From NCBI GenBank assembly GCA_011523685.1, contig WTGG01000027.1:52980-116979 (forward strand): a stretch of 64,000 nt of DNA, read 5' to 3'. Shown here in pieces: positions 49,016 through 60,018 of the stretch. Source of the DNA: Coxiellaceae bacterium. GTDB lineage: Bacteria; Pseudomonadota; Gammaproteobacteria; Coxiellales; Coxiellaceae. The notes under the pieces are model-generated. The model saw only the letters and a list, made by a program, of their open reading frames with translations, ran no database searches and was not told the DNA's origin. How positions within the stretch are numbered: position 1 is the first letter of the stretch; each line of letters begins with the position of its first letter. A program made the translations under genes and the position numbers.

Positions 49016-49566
49016 CAGACCGCTCCTGTTTTAGCCCGCATAGGAATACCTTGCAAGCCGTTCACTGTTAATAATGCTTCCAATGCTTGATCGATATCAT
49101 GACGATTTGACATTGGCCCCACATAGACGCGATTTAGTGTAACACCATTTTTCGATGTTTGTTGACGAAAATAGGCCTGATAGCCCTGAGCTTTTAGTTG
49201 AGCAACTAACCGTTCTGCGTTGGCTTGCTGTTTGAACGTCGCTAACTGAATCACCCAAACCTCAGTCAAAGCAGCCTCTGTTGAACTTGTCTGATCGGGC
49301 TGAGTCAGATTCTGAGCTTCTACGTCAGATGATACCAACGGTTGAGCAGGCAGTGCTGCGTGTGAGTTCAGCTTGTCATTCACGGCCGTTTTCTGCTTGT
49401 TTAAAACATCTGGCGATACCGTTACAGCCGATGATGGCCAGTCAATGGTCGCAACAACTGGTGGCTTTCCCGTTTCAGAAGCACGCCAAACAAAAGGCGC
49501 GCCTAAAGACACGATGATCACTAAAACAATTAAACCAATGATTCGGTACTTTATGTTTTCGTGCAT
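49015..49566 (-). CDS. dedD: SPOR-domain cell division protein (DedD-like)
   Basis: N-terminal TM helix and C-terminal SPOR repeat (WVIQLATFKQQANAERLVAQLKAQGYQAY). Synteny folC-dedD-cvpA. Confidence 0.8.
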   Translation of the reverse strand: MHENIKYRIIGLIVLVIIVSLGAPFVWRASETGKPPVVATIDWPSSAVTVSPDVLNKQKTAVNDKLNSHAALPAQPLVSSDVEAQNLTQPDQTSSTEAALTEVWVIQLATFKQQANAERLVAQLKAQGYQAYFRQQTSKNGVTLNRVYVGPMSNRHDIDQALEALLTVNGLQGIPMRAKTGAV

Positions 49567-50852
49567 GCAAGCTCTCCTTCAAACACATCACTGCTCTTGA
49601 CCTCTGCAACCGTCTTAAACGAACCACACACTAAAAGCGCCTCGTCTTGATAACCCTGCATATCCTCTAGAGCTTGGGTGAATGCCTCTGTCACAGAAGT
49701 ATAAAGCGTGTAGCAACACCGCTGATCAGTTAATGCTTCGGTGATGGGCTCTGACGTCTCGACAAAGGCATCTTTTTTGGTTAAAAAAGAGGGGAACATT
49801 GGTGCAACATACCACCGCTTCACTAAGGGTCTTAATAGCTCCACCATGCCTTCGATATCTTTTCCTTCTGCACAAGCAAAAACAGCATGATACTTCTGTG
49901 ATCTAATAGAACTTAGCTGTTCAACAAGTGCTTTTACCGCATCTGGGTTATGTGCCACATCTAAAATCACAGGGACACCCTGCAACCTATGTTGTTCAAA
50001 GCGCCCTGGTAGCTCAATGGACCGCAACCCCTGCCGAACTGTTTCTATAGTGACAGGCAATACTGATTGCAAACAATCCACTGCTTGCAAAGCACAAGCG
50101 GCATTATCCAAACGCACTGCAGGTAGTGGCAAATTTTCATACTGTTGAGTCGGAGAGTACCACCCCCAAATCTGATTTAAATCATCACATTCAACACGAA
50201 AATGCTGATTAATTTGTAACAAATCAGCACCCACAGCATCTGCTGTTTCACTAATTGACGCTGGCGGATTTGGGTCGCCAGAAATCACTGGACATCCCTG
50301 ACGCATAATACCCGCTTTTTCACGAGCAATTGTATAGCGGTCGTTACCTAAGAATTCGGTATGGTCTAATCCAATAGACGTAATAATAGACACGTCAGCG
50401 TTAATGATATTGACAGCATCTAAACGGCCACCCATTCCTACCTCTAAAATTAATACATCTAATCCTGAGTGCTGAAAAATTTGGAGAGCCGCTAAGGTGA
50501 AAAACTCAAAAAAACTCAATGTAACATTGCTGCGTGCTTGCTCAACAATATCAAATGCAGCGAGAAGCTCATCATCAGCTACGTGTTGCTGATTGACTCG
50601 AATACGCTCGTTTATCGACATTAACCCTGGCGAAGTATAAGCCCCAACACAATATCCTGCTGCAGAATAAATTGATTCCAACGATGCAACACAAGAACCC
50701 TTGCCATTAGTGCCCGCCACAGTAATGACAGGACACTGAAAAGCTAATAGATCCATTTGACGGGCTACGGTCAGGATACGATCTAAAGAAAGTTCAATAC
50801 GCTTACTGTGTAAATGAGCAATATGATCAATCCATGACTGTAATGTCTTCAC
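49551..50852 (-). CDS. folC: bifunctional folylpolyglutamate synthase / dihydrofolate synthase
   Basis: VAGTNGKGS P-loop. Mur-ligase family layout. Confidence 0.9.
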   Translation of the reverse strand: MKTLQSWIDHIAHLHSKRIELSLDRILTVARQMDLLAFQCPVITVAGTNGKGSCVASLESIYSAAGYCVGAYTSPGLMSINERIRVNQQHVADDELLAAFDIVEQARSNVTLSFFEFFTLAALQIFQHSGLDVLILEVGMGGRLDAVNIINADVSIITSIGLDHTEFLGNDRYTIAREKAGIMRQGCPVISGDPNPPASISETADAVGADLLQINQHFRVECDDLNQIWGWYSPTQQYENLPLPAVRLDNAACALQAVDCLQSVLPVTIETVRQGLRSIELPGRFEQHRLQGVPVILDVAHNPDAVKALVEQLSSIRSQKYHAVFACAEGKDIEGMVELLRPLVKRWYVAPMFPSFLTKKDAFVETSEPITEALTDQRCCYTLYTSVTEAFTQALEDMQGYQDEALLVCGSFKTVAEVKSSDVFEGELACTKT

Positions 50853-50860
50853 AGCTATTC

Positions 50861-51757
50861 CTACTCGGCGGCGACTGAAGGGTTATCGTTACTCACATCA
50901 TTGCTTGCTTTAGGGGCAGGCAAATGCAAAAAAGCTGCTAATAATGTTGCGATCCTTACCCTCATATGACGACGATCAACGATCATATCGACCGCACCAT
51001 GTGATAAAAGAAATTCACTGCGCTGAAAACCTTCTGGCAATTCTTCACGAATGGTTTGTTGAATCACACGAGGACCTGAAAAACCAATCAAGGCTTTAGG
51101 TTCGGCAATAATCACATCACCCAATGTTGCTAGACTCGCTGACACACCACCCATGGTTGGATCACATAATACAGAAATAAAGGGTAATGAAGCTTCAGAT
51201 AACTTAGCTAATACCGCTGAGGTTTTCGCCATTTGAAATAAAGAAAATACTCCTTCTTGCATTCGCGCACCACCACTGGTTGCAAAACACACTAAAGGAA
51301 CATGCGCATTCATCGCTGCTTGGGCTGCAATCACAAAACGATCACCTACCGCACTGCTCATGGTGCCGCCTATAAAACCAAAATCAAAGGCACAAGCAAC
51401 CAGAGAAATACCCTGCACTTTCCCTTCCATGACCACTAAGGCCTCATCTTCTTGTGAAGATTTTTTAGCCGCTGATAAACGATCACGGTATTTTTTGGTG
51501 TCTTTAAATTTCAAATGATCCGTTGCCTGAATATGTTGGGCTAATTCAGTTGCTCCTGAATCCATGAAGTAGGTCAACCGTTTACGAGCACCAATCCGAA
51601 CATGGTGAGAGCACTTAGGGCATACATTTTGATTCTTTTCGAGATCTGATGCATACAACATCGACAAACAGGCTGGACACTTTGACCAAACACCTTCAGG
51701 TACACCTTTTGTTTTCACTGTGGAAATTTTAGGTAAAATTCTTGTAAACCAACTCAC
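50861..51757 (-). CDS. accD: acetyl-CoA carboxylase carboxyltransferase beta subunit
   Basis: Zn ribbon CPACLSML...CPKCSHH and carboxyltransferase core. Confidence 0.95.
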   Translation of the reverse strand: MSWFTRILPKISTVKTKGVPEGVWSKCPACLSMLYASDLEKNQNVCPKCSHHVRIGARKRLTYFMDSGATELAQHIQATDHLKFKDTKKYRDRLSAAKKSSQEDEALVVMEGKVQGISLVACAFDFGFIGGTMSSAVGDRFVIAAQAAMNAHVPLVCFATSGGARMQEGVFSLFQMAKTSAVLAKLSEASLPFISVLCDPTMGGVSASLATLGDVIIAEPKALIGFSGPRVIQQTIREELPEGFQRSEFLLSHGAVDMIVDRRHMRVRIATLLAAFLHLPAPKASNDVSNDNPSVAAE

Positions 51758-51798
51758 TGAACAATCCTCATCATAATCCTGAAATTTTCAAGCCCCGA

Positions 51799-52611
51799 TC
51801 ATACCAAAAGATCAGGCAAAAAGAAGGGACCTATGGGCGCATCGGGTAAATCAAATGCCTCTGGGTAACCTACTTTCACTAAATACAAGCCATGCGGCGC
51901 AATGGTTTGAGCGGCAGCCTTACGATCACGAGCCTCTAATACAGAAGACACCCATTCAACTGGCTGACGATTAGATCCAACCTGCACTAAAACACCGACA
52001 ATATTACGCACCATATGCAGCAAAAATGCATTTGCTTCCAGCTCGATAATGAGCATATGACGCTGTCGTAGAATACTTATTTCTTTGATATGTCGCACTG
52101 GGCTTTTTGATTGGCAACCAGCTCCCCGAAAGGAACTAAAATCATGCTCCCCCACCAAACACGTTGAAGCATCTCGCATAGCCTGATCATCTAAGGTATT
52201 GTGATACCAGCCAACGGCATGACGCAAAATACCTGGGCGAACAGGGTAATTATAGAGCAAATAACGATATCGACGTGATACTGCAGAAAATCGCGCATGA
52301 AAATCCAAAGGAACTTCTTGCGCCCATAGCACCGTAATATCATGCGGCAGGTTACTGTTGGCGCCAAATACCCATGCATGATCAGTACGGTCTGCATCGG
52401 TATCGAAATGTACAATCTGCCCTGTTGCGTGTACCCGCGCATCAGTTCGCCCCGCACACGTCACTAACACTGGGTGATGCGCAACCTGCGATAATGCCTT
52501 CTCGACCATCAGCTGCACTGTAATTAAATCCTCAGGACTGTCCTGACGCTGCCAACCATGATAGCGAGCACCATCATAACGAATACACAATGCATAGCGT
52601 TTTCTAGTCAT
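51799..52611 (-). CDS. truA: tRNA pseudouridine(38-40) synthase
   Basis: AGRTDARVHATGQ catalytic motif. TruA length and layout. Confidence 0.95.
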   Translation of the reverse strand: MTRKRYALCIRYDGARYHGWQRQDSPEDLITVQLMVEKALSQVAHHPVLVTCAGRTDARVHATGQIVHFDTDADRTDHAWVFGANSNLPHDITVLWAQEVPLDFHARFSAVSRRYRYLLYNYPVRPGILRHAVGWYHNTLDDQAMRDASTCLVGEHDFSSFRGAGCQSKSPVRHIKEISILRQRHMLIIELEANAFLLHMVRNIVGVLVQVGSNRQPVEWVSSVLEARDRKAAAQTIAPHGLYLVKVGYPEAFDLPDAPIGPFFLPDLLV

Positions 52612-53551
52612 GCTTATTCTCTTCTGATTCAGATAATGATTTCATTAATGCTCGGGCTTGAGTGACATAGTCAGTATTTTTACTCGCTAGTATCTCCTCT
52701 AACACCTCACGTGCCTGCACTGCATCACCCATTTGCACATAAGCTCGCGCTAAATCCAGTTTAGCGGGCATAGCCTCTTCTGTGCCCATAAAATCATATT
52801 CTTCATCTAACTCTCCCGTTCCTGATGATCGAGCAGCATGATGACGAGCCGACCAAATACTGTAGATATTTAACAGTAGCAGCAGTACTACAACACCACT
52901 TAACACGATCAACCAGGGTTTCCATGCCTGAACCATTTTGGTATTTGCTCCAGCAACCGGTGAAGGTGCTGTGTTAGAGGATGAATCATCCATATGAGTA
53001 ATGACCAACTGCATTTGTTGCATAGCCTTTGTCATGCTCGCAAGTTTTTTTTCTAATAGTCTATTTTGCTCAGACACAGCTGCCAAACGATCACTTAACT
53101 GCTGTTGAGTTGAGTTTGTCATCTGAGCCAAACGAACAATTTGTGCCTGTAAGGCTTGAACATTGGCGGATGCCGAAGTAGGAACCGCGGGCGTCACAGT
53201 AGGTGAAGGCATTGTAGAAGCATCGAATGTGGATTTAGCTTTTTGTTCAATCTCACGAATATGCGCCATTTGAGCAGCTTCTTCTTCTGATGACATCTGA
53301 TTCGATGAACTTTCGGAATTTGATGATTCAGATGGACTCACACTAGCCGATGATGTATCAGAACTTGGCGTCGAATCATTGGCTGACGTGGTAGGCTCAT
53401 CCCCTGCTGCATGAAAAGCTTGCGGTGTAGTTGGTGGATTGAGCAGATTTGACAGGTTATTTTGCCCGTAAATCAAGCCAATCCAGGAAAAGATAAAAAC
53501 TACTTTAATAACAGCAAGTAACGTCCTATTCATAATCATCCTATGAGTCAA
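52604..53551 (-). CDS. short FimV-like protein (FimV C-terminal motif, no LysM)
   Basis: N-terminal TM, Ser-rich low complexity, coiled coil, second TM, then AKLDLARAYVQMGDAVQAREVLEEIL. Lies upstream of truA, as fimV does in other gammaproteobacteria. Confidence 0.65.
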   Translation of the reverse strand: MTHRMIMNRTLLAVIKVVFIFSWIGLIYGQNNLSNLLNPPTTPQAFHAAGDEPTTSANDSTPSSDTSSASVSPSESSNSESSSNQMSSEEEAAQMAHIREIEQKAKSTFDASTMPSPTVTPAVPTSASANVQALQAQIVRLAQMTNSTQQQLSDRLAAVSEQNRLLEKKLASMTKAMQQMQLVITHMDDSSSNTAPSPVAGANTKMVQAWKPWLIVLSGVVVLLLLLNIYSIWSARHHAARSSGTGELDEEYDFMGTEEAMPAKLDLARAYVQMGDAVQAREVLEEILASKNTDYVTQARALMKSLSESEENKHD

Positions 53552-53641
53552 TATGTTCTATCCGATCGTAATATAACAAATGTTAGACCAAGCTTCATCT
53601 TTCCGATAAAATGCACAACCCAAACACAACATGAGCACTTC

Positions 53642-54958
53642 ATGAGCAAATCACCACGCCCTGAACTCACCACAACCATTGAACGATTAAGCCATGAAGC
53701 TCGTGGCATAGCACAGATTGATGGGAAGACGACCTTTATTCGAGATGCCTTACCAGGAGAAACGGTGCGATTCAGCCACACACGTCGACGCGGACGTTTT
53801 GATGAAGGCCAAACCCTTGAAGTACTCACGGCATCACCTGAACGCACCTCACCACACTGCGCACATTTCGGGACCTGCGGTGGCTGCAGCCTACAACATA
53901 TGCAACATGATGCTCAAATCTCACACAAAGAAGCAAGCCTTATTAATTTACTACAACACCAAGGCCATGCAGAACCTAAAAGCTGGCTCCCCCCCCTAAC
54001 CAGAAACACATTGGGCTATCGACATAAAGCACGACTCAGTATTCGCTATGTCGCTAAAAAAGGTAAAGTGCTTGTTGGTTTTCGAGAACGTGATGGTCGC
54101 TTTGTTGCTGACCTCAATCAATGCCACATCTTGCATCCTAGTGTTGGGCTCCACCTATCCGATATCAGTGATTGCTTACTCACACTTGATGCTCGCAGCA
54201 GCATTCCGCAAATTGAAATTGCCATCGGTGACAACATCACAGCATTGATTGTCAGACACCTTGAACCACTCTCTACAACGGACCTGGAAAAACTTAAAGC
54301 ACTGGCAGAGCAACATCAGTATCGACTTTACCTACAACCCAAGGGTCCTGATAGCATTCATCTTTATCACCCCACGAACACCTCCCCCTTGATGCAATAT
54401 AGCCTTAGCGACCATGAGCTCACACTGCAGTTTCACCCCAGCCAATTCATTCAAATTAATCCATCAATGAATCAAGCCATGCTTAACCAAGCCATAAAAC
54501 ACCTTGAGCTCACACCTAATGATCATGTACTCGATCTGTTTTGCGGTATTGGTAACTTTAGTCTACCTATGGCAAAACAGTGCCATCATGTTACCGGTAT
54601 TGAAGGCGATGACACAGCGGTTTCACAAGCAAGGGCCAATGCTACTCATAACCACCTCAACAACACCACATTTGAAGTCGCTAATTTATTTGAACCCGAA
54701 GCAACAACTCCCTGGATACAACAGCGCTTTGATAAAGTTCTTCTAGACCCACCTCGCGCAGGCGCTCAAGAAATCCTTCCCTTTTTAAACACATGGCAAC
54801 CTAAGATCATTGTTTACATCTCTTGCAATCCAGCCACATTGGCACGTGATACTGCTATCATACAGTCTCTACAATACTCTCTAGACAAAGCAGGCATCAT
54901 GGATATGTTCCCCCACACCCAACACACAGAGGCCATGGCAGTGTTTTATAGGAACTAA
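53642..54958 (+). CDS. rlmD: 23S rRNA (uracil1939-C5)-methyltransferase
   Basis: Fe-S cysteines CAHFGTCGGCSLQH, SAM motif VLDLFCGIGNFSLP, and YISCNPATLARD. Start taken at MSKSPRPE. Confidence 0.9.
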   Translation: MSKSPRPELTTTIERLSHEARGIAQIDGKTTFIRDALPGETVRFSHTRRRGRFDEGQTLEVLTASPERTSPHCAHFGTCGGCSLQHMQHDAQISHKEASLINLLQHQGHAEPKSWLPPLTRNTLGYRHKARLSIRYVAKKGKVLVGFRERDGRFVADLNQCHILHPSVGLHLSDISDCLLTLDARSSIPQIEIAIGDNITALIVRHLEPLSTTDLEKLKALAEQHQYRLYLQPKGPDSIHLYHPTNTSPLMQYSLSDHELTLQFHPSQFIQINPSMNQAMLNQAIKHLELTPNDHVLDLFCGIGNFSLPMAKQCHHVTGIEGDDTAVSQARANATHNHLNNTTFEVANLFEPEATTPWIQQRFDKVLLDPPRAGAQEILPFLNTWQPKIIVYISCNPATLARDTAIIQSLQYSLDKAGIMDMFPHTQHTEAMAVFYRN

Positions 54959-54961
54959 TGC

Positions 54962-57157
54962 ATGAAAGACTTAAAAAGATTAAATCACCCTTTCACACAG
55001 ACGGATATCAATGACTGGCTTACACACGTTTCTAAAAGTCACCCTTTACTCAATCACACTCTATTAGAAAAAGCCTGCCAATTTATAGAAACCCATAATG
55101 CAGTGACATCAACAGATCATCCGACTGCACAACTAGGCTTAGCAGTAGCTGACATCTTACTTACTATGAACAGCGATACACATAGTATTGTCAGCGCGCT
55201 CATCATGCCCACCGTATTTCACCAGAAAATTGAACACACAAGCATTAGCGAGCTTTTTCATCGCAATATTACTCACCTCATATCAGGGGTTAAAAAAATT
55301 GAAGAAGCAGAAGCACTACATGCCAACAAACCCATTCATCATGCAGAGCATATCGATAACTTACGGAAAATGATGCTAGCCATTATCGATGATGCACGAA
55401 TTGTTCTACTGAAGTTCGCCAAACAAATTATCGAATTACAACGAATAAAACTTGCAGACGACACCCATAAACGAGCGCTTGCACGGCATACCATGGATCT
55501 TTACGCCCCTCTAGCAAATCGCTTAGGGATGGGACAACTCAAATGGCAACTGGAAGACTTTGCTTTTCGATATCTTGAACCCGAAACATACAGCAAGCTT
55601 TCAAAATCTCTCAAACTACGACGCAAAGAACGCGATCATTTTATTAACGAAATGAAAACCAAACTGATTAGCTTATTACAGGATGCTGATATTACCGATA
55701 TCGATGTATCAGGGAGATCCAAACACATCTATAGTATTCATAAAAAAATAGAACGTAAGCAAGTACCGTTTGATCAAATTTATGATGCCAGTGCGCTTCG
55801 AATTCTCGTACCAGAAATAAAAGACTGCTACACCACACTCGGTATTATTCATGCACAATGGCCACCGATTAAAGAAGAGTTTGATGATTATATCTCACAA
55901 CCTAAACCCAATGGCTACCAATCCATTCACACAGCAGTTATCTTTCATGAAACATTAAATGTCGAAATTCAGATCCGCACACACGACATGCATGAATCTG
56001 CCGAGCTAGGAGTCGCAGCGCATTGGAAATATAAAGAAGGATCCTCCGGAAAAGCCACCTATGAGGATAAAATTGCTACCTTAAGACAAATTATTGATTG
56101 GCAGAAAGCATTATCCGATGATAAACCCGAACAACACAACCAAGAATACACGCGCTTATTTGAAGACCGAATTTATGTGTTTACTCCACAAGGCGATGTT
56201 TACGACCTTCCTGTTAATGCCACCCCCTTAGATTTTGCTTACTACATTCACACAGAGGTGGGCAATCGCTGCAAAGGCGCTGTTATCAATGGCAAGCTTG
56301 AGCCACTGACACAAGCCCTTAAAACTGGTGATCGAATTGAAATAAAAACGGGAAAAGTCGATCAACCCAGCCTTGATTGGCTCAGCCCACATACAGGCTA
56401 TATCACCACACAGCAAGCACGACAAAAGATCAAGGCTTGGTTTCGTCGTCAAGACGCCGCCAGGCATTTGGAAATGGGTGAGGAACTTTGGGATAAAGCA
56501 CGTAAAAAACACCAACTTGCCAAACAATCATTAGAGCAAGTACTAGATGACTTTCGATACCAAACTACCGATGAATTGCTAATGCACATTGGCTCAGGTG
56601 ATGTGCAAGTCAGTACGGTGATACAGCACTTGCAAGCCTTAACTGAGGTGACAGAAGATAGTGAAGCCTCACCACTGCCTACCAGCATTCAAGAATCACA
56701 CTCACCGGTTAAATCTAAAGGTAGCATTGAAGGCGTTGATGACACGCTCACCACACTGGCTCGTTGCTGCAAGCCGATTCCCGGCGATGAGATCATTGGC
56801 TACGTCACTAAAGGTCGTGGCATCAGCATTCATAAGGTCAATTGCGGTAATGTGCAATATGCTCTTAAAAAGCAACCTGAACGATTAACAAAAGTCAGCT
56901 GGCGAAGTCAGGCACTGAGTGACTATTTACTAGGTCTAAATATTGAAGCGGTGGATCGTCCTGAACTACTACGTGATATCACTAATGTGATGTCAAAACA
57001 CCAATGCCACTTAAATGGCATGCAATCACACGTGGATACGATGACTGACATAGCCTATATTCAACTCTCAGTAGCCATGAAAGCACCTACTGAACCCCAA
57101 CAACTGATGAATGCTATTCAACATCTAGAAGGCATTAAGTTAGTCAAACGCAAGTAA
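54962..57157 (+). CDS. relA: GTP pyrophosphokinase (ppGpp synthetase I)
   Basis: Synthetase motifs RSKHIYSIHKKIERK and GYQSIHTAV, plus TGS and ACT regions. No HD hydrolase motif. rlmD-relA synteny. Confidence 0.9.
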   Translation: MKDLKRLNHPFTQTDINDWLTHVSKSHPLLNHTLLEKACQFIETHNAVTSTDHPTAQLGLAVADILLTMNSDTHSIVSALIMPTVFHQKIEHTSISELFHRNITHLISGVKKIEEAEALHANKPIHHAEHIDNLRKMMLAIIDDARIVLLKFAKQIIELQRIKLADDTHKRALARHTMDLYAPLANRLGMGQLKWQLEDFAFRYLEPETYSKLSKSLKLRRKERDHFINEMKTKLISLLQDADITDIDVSGRSKHIYSIHKKIERKQVPFDQIYDASALRILVPEIKDCYTTLGIIHAQWPPIKEEFDDYISQPKPNGYQSIHTAVIFHETLNVEIQIRTHDMHESAELGVAAHWKYKEGSSGKATYEDKIATLRQIIDWQKALSDDKPEQHNQEYTRLFEDRIYVFTPQGDVYDLPVNATPLDFAYYIHTEVGNRCKGAVINGKLEPLTQALKTGDRIEIKTGKVDQPSLDWLSPHTGYITTQQARQKIKAWFRRQDAARHLEMGEELWDKARKKHQLAKQSLEQVLDDFRYQTTDELLMHIGSGDVQVSTVIQHLQALTEVTEDSEASPLPTSIQESHSPVKSKGSIEGVDDTLTTLARCCKPIPGDEIIGYVTKGRGISIHKVNCGNVQYALKKQPERLTKVSWRSQALSDYLLGLNIEAVDRPELLRDITNVMSKHQCHLNGMQSHVDTMTDIAYIQLSVAMKAPTEPQQLMNAIQHLEGIKLVKRK

Positions 57158-57240
57158 CTGGATTTTAATGCCATAGCCGATATATTTTTAATAAGCAAAA
57201 AAGAGTAATATGCTCATTAATAGTCTATAAAATAACAGCT

Positions 57241-58077
57241 ATGCAACACCATAATCAGAGATTAAACCGTCGGCAAATAACAATCATTGTTCTGTGCTTA
57301 TTATGCAACCTCAGCTTTTCTCTTTCTGCAATAAAATATCTCAAAACACAACTATGGGGATTAAGGTATTTCACAGTGCCAGACCTTACTTTATATTTTG
57401 GTAGCTATACTATTAAAACTTACACAATTATAAATCTGCATCTTATATCATCAACGGCATTACTGATACTGATGACTATTCAGCTATTTAGTCAACACGC
57501 ACAACGAGTTCATTCAAGCGTACACAAAGTTATTGGCTACAGTATTGCAGTTATTAGCATAGTCTTTTTCATGATTGGCGAACTGATATCTTTAGTCGCC
57601 CTCAAGACGCCGTTCAATCAAGTTATGTACATTATTCTTCCATGGTGCGTGTTGTTTGGTATCTTTGGTGCTGTTTATTTAGTGCGCAGAAATCATATTG
57701 ATAGCCACATAACACTCGTGGTGCACGCCATTATCCTGCTTTGTTCAGCCGCCATTTACCGTTGCATTTTTATTGGATTCGCACTCTTCCAAACCCTCAC
57801 CTCAAACAACCAGCTGAAGTATATCAATACGACACCTGACCAACTACCCATTGATGGTGTGGCAATCATCACGTATGGCTTGCTGATTTTGCTTTGCTGT
57901 TTAGCTATGAGACAATATAAAGCAATCAGTGGTTATATCATCCCAGCCACCTTATCATTAACCCTCGTATATAGTCTATGCTGCATTCCATGGGTTTTTT
58001 TTGGGATAACGGATATCAACTCTAAAATTAACAGCGCCGAGAACTTACTAAAAGGATTAATACAAGTTATCCAGTGA
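57241..58077 (+). CDS. hypothetical polytopic membrane protein (278 aa)
   Basis: About 7 hydrophobic helices. No family recognised. Confidence 0.6.
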   Translation: MQHHNQRLNRRQITIIVLCLLCNLSFSLSAIKYLKTQLWGLRYFTVPDLTLYFGSYTIKTYTIINLHLISSTALLILMTIQLFSQHAQRVHSSVHKVIGYSIAVISIVFFMIGELISLVALKTPFNQVMYIILPWCVLFGIFGAVYLVRRNHIDSHITLVVHAIILLCSAAIYRCIFIGFALFQTLTSNNQLKYINTTPDQLPIDGVAIITYGLLILLCCLAMRQYKAISGYIIPATLSLTLVYSLCCIPWVFFGITDINSKINSAENLLKGLIQVIQ

Positions 58078-58293
58078 CGTCTTAGTTATGCTATATACAT
58101 TAAAGGACAGTTGGTAATTTTTATCCAAAAAATAATACAAGGTAACAGCCATCACAATTACAACAGCGTTATACATATTATCGATTAGCCAATAAATATG
58201 TATAAAACGGAAGCTCAGATCCATACACAGGAACCTAAACGTAGAAAAAAGCTATCAAGGACACTTACGATACAAGGAAAATACAGCACAAAT

Positions 58294-58329
58294 AAAAAAC
58301 CCCAGTGATTTTTTCTCACTGGGGTTTTA
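58294..58329. terminator. bidirectional rho-independent terminator
   Basis: AAAAAACCCCAGTGA-TTTTTTC-TCACTGGGGTTTT, with A and T runs on both sides, between convergent genes. Confidence 0.85.
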
Positions 58330-58366
58330 GACAACTGAATACACGATTGTGTATTGCTATAATCAT

Positions 58367-58876
58367 TTATTCAACATGGCAATACATGCTCCACGTACAC
58401 CCATTACCTTGTGGGCAATGAGGGTTGTTAAAAGAAACATGGTGTAACACCGGCGTTGCTTCTTCATTACCTACGGCTGGCTTGATTTCAACTTGCGTTC
58501 CAGCTTGCACAGCAAATAACGATTGTGGCACACGCGATGATGGGTATTCATTTCCGTTAGCTACAAGCGTTAACATTTGTGGGTTAGGAAATAAGTTAGA
58601 TACTTGAATCGGCGTCGTGGTATCACCCGTATTTTCAGTAAACTCACAAATCACAGGCTTGATCGCAACACCACTACCTTTAGCTGGTAGTGTGATCCCT
58701 ACTTTTTCAGCACCAGAATACGCAGCCTCCCCAAATGATATGATCTCGTAGTTCATAGAGCACTCACCGTTATCAGTCACAGTGCTGGTACTCTCATCGA
58801 TTTCACAATACGCCCATGCACTAGATGAGACGACTAGACAAGATAACGCTATAGCTTTACAAGTTTTATTAAACAT
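58367..58876 (-). CDS. secreted hypothetical protein (169 aa)
   Basis: Start at MFNKTCKAIALSCLVVSSSAWA (signal peptide). Cys pairs. No known domain. Confidence 0.6.
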   Translation of the reverse strand: MFNKTCKAIALSCLVVSSSAWAYCEIDESTSTVTDNGECSMNYEIISFGEAAYSGAEKVGITLPAKGSGVAIKPVICEFTENTGDTTTPIQVSNLFPNPQMLTLVANGNEYPSSRVPQSLFAVQAGTQVEIKPAVGNEEATPVLHHVSFNNPHCPQGNGCTWSMYCHVE

Positions 58877-58910
58877 TTTATCTCCATGGTTTATGTTAAC
58901 AAAGCTCCAC

Positions 58911-58940
58911 AAAAACAAAGCTTGATCTAACAAGCTTTGT
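58911..58940 (-). terminator. rho-independent terminator after the OMP gene
   Basis: Minus strand reads ACAAAGCTTG-TTAGAT-CAAGCTTTGT-TTTTG. Confidence 0.7.
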
Positions 58941-58978
58941 CATTCCATGATCTATGATGAACCATTAAATGATTGCTA

Positions 58979-59767
58979 CTAAATCATGTAGCCTACTTGG
59001 AACATTAGGCTATTAGTAAAAATTTGTCGAGAACTGCTATAATAAGCTGGCTCACTATTTTGACCCACCTCAGACGCTGAGGAAAAACTAACAGTACCAA
59101 TGTAGTTCATCATATAGCGACCCATCATGAACACTCTATCGTTCACTTGGTACTGAGTAAAACCTCCTACAACACCACCAAAATGTTGCTCATCATGAGA
59201 ATGATTAAGTGGCTGAGCTGTATAATCAGATGATTGTGTCGTGATTACCTTTTGGCTAGAAGCACCAGCTTCCCCACCAAATGACCATTTATCAGAGACT
59301 GAGTAAGTGTATCTCAAAAGTAAAGCCATTCTATTTTTAAGCTCAAGGCTATACTTATTGCTTACCGTATCATCAGGGTTATCATCAGAATAGGTAAGGC
59401 TTGAGCTTGCATCATTAAAATTGGTTGGGAAATAATCAAACACAACACCTAAAGTTGATGTTGGCTTTAACTTGTAGCCAGCGTACGCTTCAAGCACAGC
59501 GTCAATTTGTGTTTGAGTGATATCGATGTCATTTTTCAAAGTGTTCACTGTTCCACCCTGCGTAGCATCGTACTCATACGTTTCACTACCGTCAGAGTTA
59601 AATAAAGTTGGGCCCCCACCTGCGCTTACGGAAAAAACAAGTTTGTCCATTATCGATGGTGCAGGTGCAGCCATCATTTCAGGTCCACCAGCAAAAGCCG
59701 AAGATAGTCCAATAGACATAGACATCAATGATGCAATAGAAAGCGTATGAATGGTATTTTTAAGCAT
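58979..59767 (-). CDS. outer-membrane beta-barrel protein (OmpA-like/OMP_b-brl type)
   Basis: Signal peptide ...GLSSAFA. Alternating amphipathic strands rich in Tyr/Gly/Ser. C-terminal ...LMFQVGYMI. Confidence 0.55.
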   Translation of the reverse strand: MLKNTIHTLSIASLMSMSIGLSSAFAGGPEMMAAPAPSIMDKLVFSVSAGGGPTLFNSDGSETYEYDATQGGTVNTLKNDIDITQTQIDAVLEAYAGYKLKPTSTLGVVFDYFPTNFNDASSSLTYSDDNPDDTVSNKYSLELKNRMALLLRYTYSVSDKWSFGGEAGASSQKVITTQSSDYTAQPLNHSHDEQHFGGVVGGFTQYQVNDRVFMMGRYMMNYIGTVSFSSASEVGQNSEPAYYSSSRQIFTNSLMFQVGYMI

Positions 59768-60018
59768 AGATATAGTCCATTATTTGTATTATCCCTTATT
59801 GTATTTTTCTTCTAAGCCAAATAAAAAATATGGCGACATAGAAAAAACTTACTAATTCACGTGACAGACGACATAACTTTTACATATCCCTGTAAAGACA
59901 CAAGCTCTCATGATCGCAAAAAAACACTTGTTAAATAACATCCACCACTAAAGTAGTTCACATATCAACCAAAATAACAACATGTCGGAGTAAGAGAGAC
60001 AGTCTGCATTAATCAGAA